Origin: Bdellovibrionia bacterium | GTDB taxonomy: Bacteria; Bdellovibrionota; UBA1018 | DNA length: 42,844 bases | Direction: 5' to 3' | NCBI GenBank assembly: GCA_045805065.1 | Contig: JBJMMA010000034.1 | Coordinates: forward strand, 1-42,844 | In this document: positions 37,565 to 42,844 of the stretch, piece by piece | Layout: each line of letters opens with the position of its first letter | Numbering within the stretch: the stretch's first letter is position 1 | Made by a program: the position numbers and the translations under genes | Notes under the pieces: generated by a model | What the model was told of the DNA's origin: nothing | Seen by the model: the letters and a program-made list of their open reading frames with translations, nothing else | The model's database searches: none

Positions 37565-38717
37565 AAGTAAGTGTTGAGGTTTTTCCGTCAGGCTTTTTCA
37601 CAGCAAGCTCCATATGGCTTGCGCCTTCTTTGAGCTTGCCAAGAAGCTCAAAGGCCTTCGCGGGATCATTGATCGGTTGTCCATCCACGCCGACAATCGT
37701 GTCACCGTTTTTCAGGCCCAATTTGTCGTAGATGCTGCCTGGGACAATCTGGAAAAGTTTGTAGCCAGCAGGAACGCCGTTCTCAAAGTTTGGAACTGCG
37801 CGAGCCTGGGTGAGGATGTTGTTGAAATCGGAGAGAGCTTTGTCGACTTCGGTACGAGCGATGTTGAATTGATTTCCGCCCACCTGCTCAATGCCAGGCC
37901 CCTTTGATGCCGTTCCGCCGCCACCGATGCTGATGCGAGTGGCAGTGGCTGGATCTTCCGGAAGATCCACAAACTCACGGCGTCCGGATTGAGTGTTGAC
38001 GAAGATGACCTTGCGAGGCTCGATCTTGAGAATGCGTGCCTTGCTTGGAATCTCCTCATCAATGCGGACAGGGTAGACCATTGAAGCAGACTTGTCCTCG
38101 ATCGTGGCGATCGAGCGCATCTCGTCGCGAAGGATCAGGGTTCCCACCAGGTTAAATGGAAGGGAAGTGCGAACTGGAGCGCCGCCCATGTCGGCAGGGC
38201 CTGATGGAGTTTCCTCGCCAGGAATGATTCCTTTGCGATTGAAGAGGTTTCTCGCGAAGATCGCGTTGTATTCTTCCAAGGATTTGGTGCGGCGAGGAAG
38301 ATTAACAGGGCGAGAGGCGCGAGTCACAGGAGGCTCAGGAATGAACCTGCCTGCCATAAGCGCTGCCACGTCTGCCAGGAAATAGCAGCAGACGATCAGC
38401 GTAAACAGCTTGCCATAAAAAGCGTAACCGCGGCTCTGAAGGCTTTGGCTGACCCATTCGACCACATTGAGAAGCTCCATGCGGCGCATGGAAGAGGTGC
38501 CTGGCTCTCCACGAACACTTGGAGTTCCAGACATGGAAATCTCTGACGTCGGATCTTCCTGCTCGGGAGTATCGAGGAGTTGCGTTTTCTGTCCTCGACG
38601 GAACTTCGCCAAAATTCTGCCGGTCTTCTCTCGCATCGAATCAGCGAATGAAGAATGAGACTCGGGCTCGAATTCGGGTGTCTCAGGAGTGTTGTTGTCG
38701 TTCTGATCGTCAGTCAC
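37551..38717 (-). CDS. gspC: type II secretion protein C (PDZ-containing)
   Basis: TM, HR domain (LVGT...ATIED) and PDZ (GYKLFQIVPGSIYDKLGLKNGD). I prefer GTG 38717 because the track's TTG 38747 lies inside a sigma54 motif. Confidence 0.88.
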   Translation of the reverse strand: MTDDQNDNNTPETPEFEPESHSSFADSMREKTGRILAKFRRGQKTQLLDTPEQEDPTSEISMSGTPSVRGEPGTSSMRRMELLNVVEWVSQSLQSRGYAFYGKLFTLIVCCYFLADVAALMAGRFIPEPPVTRASRPVNLPRRTKSLEEYNAIFARNLFNRKGIIPGEETPSGPADMGGAPVRTSLPFNLVGTLILRDEMRSIATIEDKSASMVYPVRIDEEIPSKARILKIEPRKVIFVNTQSGRREFVDLPEDPATATRISIGGGGTASKGPGIEQVGGNQFNIARTEVDKALSDFNNILTQARAVPNFENGVPAGYKLFQIVPGSIYDKLGLKNGDTIVGVDGQPINDPAKAFELLGKLKEGASHMELAVKKPDGKTSTLTYDIH

Positions 38718-38730
38718 AAGCGGCCTATGA

Positions 38731-38747
38731 CGCAAGTCAGATGCCAA
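38731..38747 (-). promoter_or_regulatory. sigma54-like promoter for the gsp operon
   Basis: TTGGCATCTGACTTGCG (TGGCA...TTGC, GG-N10-GC); predicted +1 near 38720. Confidence 0.6.
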
Positions 38748-38872
38748 GATGTTTAAGAAAAATATCCGACTGCTTCATCACGCTTCTAACAAAAAAACGT
38801 AGGGATTTCGCAAGTCAAAATTTTGGAGTAACGTAGGCTGGTAAGAGATTTTTCAATTTAGCGCGCAGCGTT

Positions 38873-38936
38873 TGACAAACTGTCATTCGGCCTTACTTTT
38901 GAACCCTGGAAGGGCGCTGGCTGTGACAATTTGTCA
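38873..38936. promoter_or_regulatory. two TGACA-N3-TGTCA operator-like palindromes
   Basis: TGACAAACTGTCA at 38873-38885 (overlaps a TTGACA -35) and TGACAATTTGTCA at 38924-38936. Confidence 0.6.
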
Positions 38937-38963
38937 GGTCGTTTACAGGAATAGGAGAATCAA

Positions 38964-40676
38964 ATGTCCACCCCACAAAACAGCTTCATGAAGTCCCTCT
39001 TCTTTGGTCAGATTCGGGAAGATTTGATTTTCCCGTATCCCCATCTTCCCGAGGATACGAAAGAGAGCCTCAAGATGGTTCTCGATTCGATCGACCGCTT
39101 TGGCAAGGACAGCGTGAAGTCCAGCGAGTGGGATGACAAAGGCGAGATGCCGCGTGAAATCGTTGCGCAGATGGCTGAGCTTGGCGTTCTAGGCCTGGCA
39201 GTTCCTGAGGATCTCGGAGGTTTGGGGCTGCCTCAATCTGGTTACGTTCGCGTGCTTCAGCAAATGGGAGCGGTCGATGCCTCGGTCGCTGTGACGATGG
39301 GCGCGCATCAAAGCATCGGCTACAAGGCGTTGCTTCTTTTCGGAAGCGACGATCAGAAGAATAAATATCTTCCGCGTCTGGCAAGCGGAGAACTCATTGC
39401 TTGCTATTGCTTGACTGAACCCGGTAGCGGCTCGGACGCGGCGTCCATCAAGACGACGGCAAAGCTCTCGGATGATGGTAAACATTACATCCTGAACGGA
39501 AACAAGCTTTGGATCACGAATGGCGGTATCGCCACTTTTGCGACCGTTTTCGCGAAGGTCGAGGACAAGCTCACATGCTTCATCATCGAGCTTCCTGCCG
39601 AAGGCTGGAATGTGGGGCCTGCCGAGCACAAGATGGGCATCCGCGCCTCTTGGACGAACGGAATTCACATGGATAGTGTAAAAATTCCAGTCGAAAACGT
39701 GGTCGGTGGCGTAGGCCAGGGCTTCAAGGTTGCCATGGGCGTTCTCAATCACGGTCGCCTGGGCCTCGCTGGGGGCTGCGTCCAAGGCGCAAAGGTTGCG
39801 ATCAAAGCGTCGGTTGAGCACGCAACCGAGCGCGTCCAGTTCAAAAAGAAGATCGGCGAGTTCGGTCTGATTCAGGAAAAAATCGGCCGCATGATGATGA
39901 ACTGCTACGCCGCTGAGAGCATGGTCTACATGACCACGTCTTTCATTGATCGCAAGGACATGGACTATTCTCTCGAGAGCGCTTGCGCGAAAGTCTTTGC
40001 CTCCGAAATGGTCTGGGAAGTTCTCGACGAGAATCTTCAGATCTGGGCAGGTCTTGGCTACATGAAGGAATATCCTTACGAGCGCTGGCTCCGCGATGCG
40101 CGTATCAACCGCATCTTTGAAGGAACGAACGAGATTCTTCGCGCCTTCATTGCTCTTTCAGGCATGCAGGGCCCAGGACAGGAACTTGCCGGCCTTGCTG
40201 AGGCCATCAAGTATCCGCTCAAGGGGCTTGGCCTAGTCAGCGATTTCGCGATCCGCAAGATCAAGCAGAACGTCATGGGCGAGAGCATCACGAAAGCGCA
40301 TCCTTCTCTGAAGAAGATGGCAGGCATGCTTGAAGAGTACTCGGTCGAGTTCTCAACTCAGGTTGAGGTTCTTCTTCGTCGCCACGGAAAGCAGATCGCG
40401 CTTCGTCAGTTCGCTCAAAAGCGCATCGCCGATATCGCGATCGACTTCTACGCGATGGCTTGCGTGCTTTCTCGCGTGACGGATGCGATCGAGAAAAAAG
40501 GCCTGGATAAGAGCCAGCTTGAACTCAATATCGCGGAAGCATTTTTCACCCGCGCCAATCGCCGCATCCGCGGTAACTTCAAAGCCATCGATCGCAACGA
40601 CGACGACAACATGAAGTTCATCGCAACCCAGGCCTACGAGCTGGGCGGATATCCGTTCGACAGCGCCCTCGATTAA
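38964..40676 (+). CDS. acyl-CoA dehydrogenase (ACAD9/VLCAD-like, long C-terminus)
   Basis: GAHQSIG, CLTEPGSGSDAAS, NGNKLWITNG, KMGIRAS, RDARINRIFEGTNEILR. Confidence 0.93.
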   Translation: MSTPQNSFMKSLFFGQIREDLIFPYPHLPEDTKESLKMVLDSIDRFGKDSVKSSEWDDKGEMPREIVAQMAELGVLGLAVPEDLGGLGLPQSGYVRVLQQMGAVDASVAVTMGAHQSIGYKALLLFGSDDQKNKYLPRLASGELIACYCLTEPGSGSDAASIKTTAKLSDDGKHYILNGNKLWITNGGIATFATVFAKVEDKLTCFIIELPAEGWNVGPAEHKMGIRASWTNGIHMDSVKIPVENVVGGVGQGFKVAMGVLNHGRLGLAGGCVQGAKVAIKASVEHATERVQFKKKIGEFGLIQEKIGRMMMNCYAAESMVYMTTSFIDRKDMDYSLESACAKVFASEMVWEVLDENLQIWAGLGYMKEYPYERWLRDARINRIFEGTNEILRAFIALSGMQGPGQELAGLAEAIKYPLKGLGLVSDFAIRKIKQNVMGESITKAHPSLKKMAGMLEEYSVEFSTQVEVLLRRHGKQIALRQFAQKRIADIAIDFYAMACVLSRVTDAIEKKGLDKSQLELNIAEAFFTRANRRIRGNFKAIDRNDDDNMKFIATQAYELGGYPFDSALD

Positions 40677-40726
40677 AAAAAGGTATGCCATACCTTTTGA
40701 TTAAAAAAGGTATGCCATACCTTTTT
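40671..40726. repeat. tandem duplicated palindrome (REP-like / bidirectional terminator)
   Basis: GATTAAAAAA(A)GGTATGCCATACCTTTT twice (40671-40698, 40699-40726); core AAAAGGTATG-C-CATACCTTTT is a perfect inverted repeat. Confidence 0.9.
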
Positions 40727-40739
40727 GTTTAGCTTTGCG

Positions 40740-41396
40740 TCATAAGAGCTCTTCGAGCGGTTGGTAAGGCCTTCGATTCTTTGGGTCAATGATGGTGTCG
40801 AACACTCTGCGCCGGAGTCTTTTCCGGATCAGGTGTTCGGCTTCCGTCGGGAATGGTTTGTTCAGCCATTGTAATTGCTCGTAGGCGTCCACGGTAGGAA
40901 GCGCTAATTCCATTCCCACGCGGGTGTAATGGATGGGAAAAGGTAAACGAGATTTTCCTAAGAGCCCGTGAAGCGTGCTGTAAGGGGAGTCTTCGACGTT
41001 CTCGCAAAGCCGAGCTTTGACCGGGTTGCGGTACACGTACTTGAGCGCGTGTCCAAAGTAGCGAGAGTTCTTGATCATAGACCAGTGATAAGGTCCGCCG
41101 AACACATGACCTGTCTGTCCGGAAATGAGATTGATTCTCTTGGATACGGACTTCATGAGTTCATGCATGGCCTTGCCCAGGTCATGCTGTGGAACAGTGA
41201 GAATCATGTGAAAATGGTTGGGCATGAGTACGAGCGCTTGGAACTCCACTTCATAAACCGTGCGTATAAAAAGACATTCTCTTCCAAGGGTTGTCCAGAC
41301 TCGATCCAGAGGAATCGCGAAGGGTTCACGTCGATTCGTTCTCGCAGTCACATGATAGGGAAGAGAGTCACAGACCTCTAAAAGCTTTCTGGGCAT
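40740..41396 (-). mobile_element. REP-associated tyrosine transposase (RAYT)-like HUH/Y1 nuclease
   Basis: YHVTARTNRREPF, LMPNHFHMIL (HUH), YVYRNPVKA (catalytic Tyr plus NP), PYST; no tnpB nearby. Confidence 0.88.
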
Positions 41397-41408
41397 TCGG
41401 CTGAGAGG

Positions 41409-41424
41409 AGCAAGGGCACGACCA
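41409..41424 (-). promoter_or_regulatory. sigma54-like promoter of the RAYT-like gene
   Basis: TGGTCGTGCCCTTGCT (GG-N10-GC); predicted +1 near 41398, ATG at 41396. Confidence 0.5.
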
Positions 41425-41460
41425 GGTTGGGAGCCGATCGTGTCTGATCAGTGATCAATC

Positions 41461-41483
41461 GACTGTCTAAACTTTAGACAGTC
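41461..41483. repeat. perfect 11-bp inverted repeat
   Basis: GACTGTCTAAA-C-TTTAGACAGTC; the TTAGACAG half-site recurs at about 41642 and 41733. Confidence 0.8.
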
Positions 41484-41725
41484 AAACAGGGCTCATTCTT
41501 TATTCAACAAGGCTTGAGTCAATTTGGCTCCAAAGACCATCCGGACTTAAGTCATTTGCTTTTGTTGAATTACACCCGAGCACTCGGCCTGGAGTTTGCT
41601 TTAACGCCGCCCGGCATGTCGATGGGACAGGGCATCAGTTTTTAGACAGTTTTTGAACGTTTGTGGCGATTTTAAGATGCCTAATAAATTCAGGAAGTTG
41701 TTGAAGGGCACGAAGTATGTATTGA

Positions 41726-41754
41726 TTGACTCTTAGACAGTTATTTGGTAGTGT
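41726..41754 (+). promoter_or_regulatory. candidate sigma70 promoter for carD
   Basis: TTGACT-N17-TAGTGT, with TTAGACAG inside the spacer. Confidence 0.45.
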
Positions 41755-41901
41755 CTCGCGGTCTAAATTTCTGCCTTTTTTGAGTTTGCCTCGGAATTCA
41801 AAGGCGGAGTGATCGATAGGTGGCTTGTTTAATGAGGACAGCATTCCCGCGCCCTCGGACTAGCCGAATTTACCCTAACGATCTTAGGAGGTTTTTACAG
41901 C

Positions 41902-42384
41902 ATGTTTAAAGTGGGAGACAATGCAGTTTACCCTGCTCACGGTGTCGCCGTAATCAAGCGTATAGAAGAGAAAGATGTCGGTGGCAAGAAAAAGAAATTC
42001 TACGTTTTGCAGGTCGTAGACAACCAAATGACGATCATGGTCCCCACCGACAATGTCGATTCGGTCGGCTTGCGCGAGATCATTTCTACTAAAGACGTCA
42101 AAGCCGTCTATGACATTTTAAAAGAGCGCAATGTGAAGATCGATCAGACGACTTGGAACCGTCGCTATCGCGAGTACATGGAAAAGATCAAAACCGGATC
42201 GATCTTTGAGATCGCCGAAGTTTTGCGGAATCTTTTCTTGTTGCGCCACAGCAAGGATCTTTCGTTTGGTGAGCGCAAGATGCTCGATCAGGCAAAGCAT
42301 CTGTTGGTGAAGGAAATCTCCCTGGCCAAAAAAGCCAAGGAAGAAGTCATCGAGCAGGAAATTCAGTCGATTTTTGCGAGCTGA
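41902..42384 (+). CDS. carD: CarD/CdnL family RNA polymerase-binding protein
   Basis: FKVGDNAVYPAHGV, VGLREII, TWNRRYREYMEKIKTGS, LSFGERKML; AGGAGG SD. Confidence 0.95.
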   Translation: MFKVGDNAVYPAHGVAVIKRIEEKDVGGKKKKFYVLQVVDNQMTIMVPTDNVDSVGLREIISTKDVKAVYDILKERNVKIDQTTWNRRYREYMEKIKTGSIFEIAEVLRNLFLLRHSKDLSFGERKMLDQAKHLLVKEISLAKKAKEEVIEQEIQSIFAS

Positions 42385-42419
42385 TCGCCATTTAGGCCAG
42401 CTTGATCAAAGTCAAAGGG

Positions 42420-42459
42420 ACGCCAGCTTTCCAAACGGGGAGCTGGCGTTTTCTTTTTT
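42420..42459 (+). terminator. intrinsic terminator after carD
   Basis: ACGCCAGCTTTCC-AAAC-GGGGAGCTGGCGT followed by TTTCTTTTTT. Confidence 0.8.
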
Positions 42460-42534
42460 GCTCCAATGCATTTGACTGTATGGGATTTCTGATAGGAACT
42501 TGGGTATAGTTTGGGACAGGGAGAGCAGACGTCT

Positions 42535-42844
42535 ATGAACTCGGGATCGATTCGTGAAATCAAGTTGACCAACACTTTAACCGGTAAGCGCGAAACGCTT
42601 TCCACGATCGAGCCTGGTAAGCTGAAAATGTATTCCTGCGGTCCCACAGTTTATGGGTTTATCCATATCGGGAACCTTCGCGCAGGTCTCGTTTCGGACA
42701 TGTTCTTTCGCTATTTCAAACGCGTGGGCTACGACGTGACTTACGTTCGTAACTACACGGACGTGGATGACAAGATCATCAATCGCGCAAAGGAAGAAGG
42801 CACCACAGCCGAGGCAGTTGCGAAGAAGTACACGCAAGAGGTCG
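42535..42844 (+). CDS. cysS: cysteinyl-tRNA synthetase (5' part; runs off the window)
   Basis: Not in the ORF track. My translation gives TNTLTGKRE...MYSCGPTVYGFIHIGNLRA...YVRNYTDVDDKIINRA. Confidence 0.96.
   Translation, partial: MNSGSIREIKLTNTLTGKRETLSTIEPGKLKMYSCGPTVYGFIHIGNLRAGLVSDMFFRYFKRVGYDVTYVRNYTDVDDKIINRAKEEGTTAEAVAKKYTQEV

Noticed and set aside
40740..41396. Classical IS200/IS605 element
   Set aside because: No tnpB, no matching subterminal hairpins at both ends, and the longer protein with the NP motif fits RAYT-like proteins better.

Overview
Bacterial chromosomal window, mostly housekeeping. Gene content and style suggest a Bdellovibrionota/Oligoflexia-like organism (inference). 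In order it contains: partial nadA, a hypothetical gene, thiBPQ, a TCA cluster (icd, mdh, sucCD, ndk) interrupted by accessory genes, nadE, infC-rpmI-rplT-pheST-ihfA-merR, a divergent GshB-like ATP-grasp gene at the end of a minus-strand type II secretion operon (gspCDEFGHIJKLMN), an acyl-CoA dehydrogenase, a RAYT-like HUH/Y1 nuclease, carD and partial cysS. The least explained signals are non-coding. (1) The RAYT-like gene has a tandem palindrome at its 3' end, a sigma54-type promoter abutting its start codon and a perfect upstream hairpin. (2) A TGACCA-hairpin-GAGA element occurs three times, always in the sense orientation and 24 nt before a start codon, with a compensatory base change. (3) GTAG-type REP-like doublets flank a hypothetical gene, and one doublet may be translated inside the ThiB signal peptide. 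(4) Several sigma54-like promoters predict near-leaderless transcripts, including an unannotated 31-aa membrane peptide. (5) An acyltransferase gene is interrupted by an in-frame TAG. All calls come from reading the sequence and recalling protein motifs; no searches were run.
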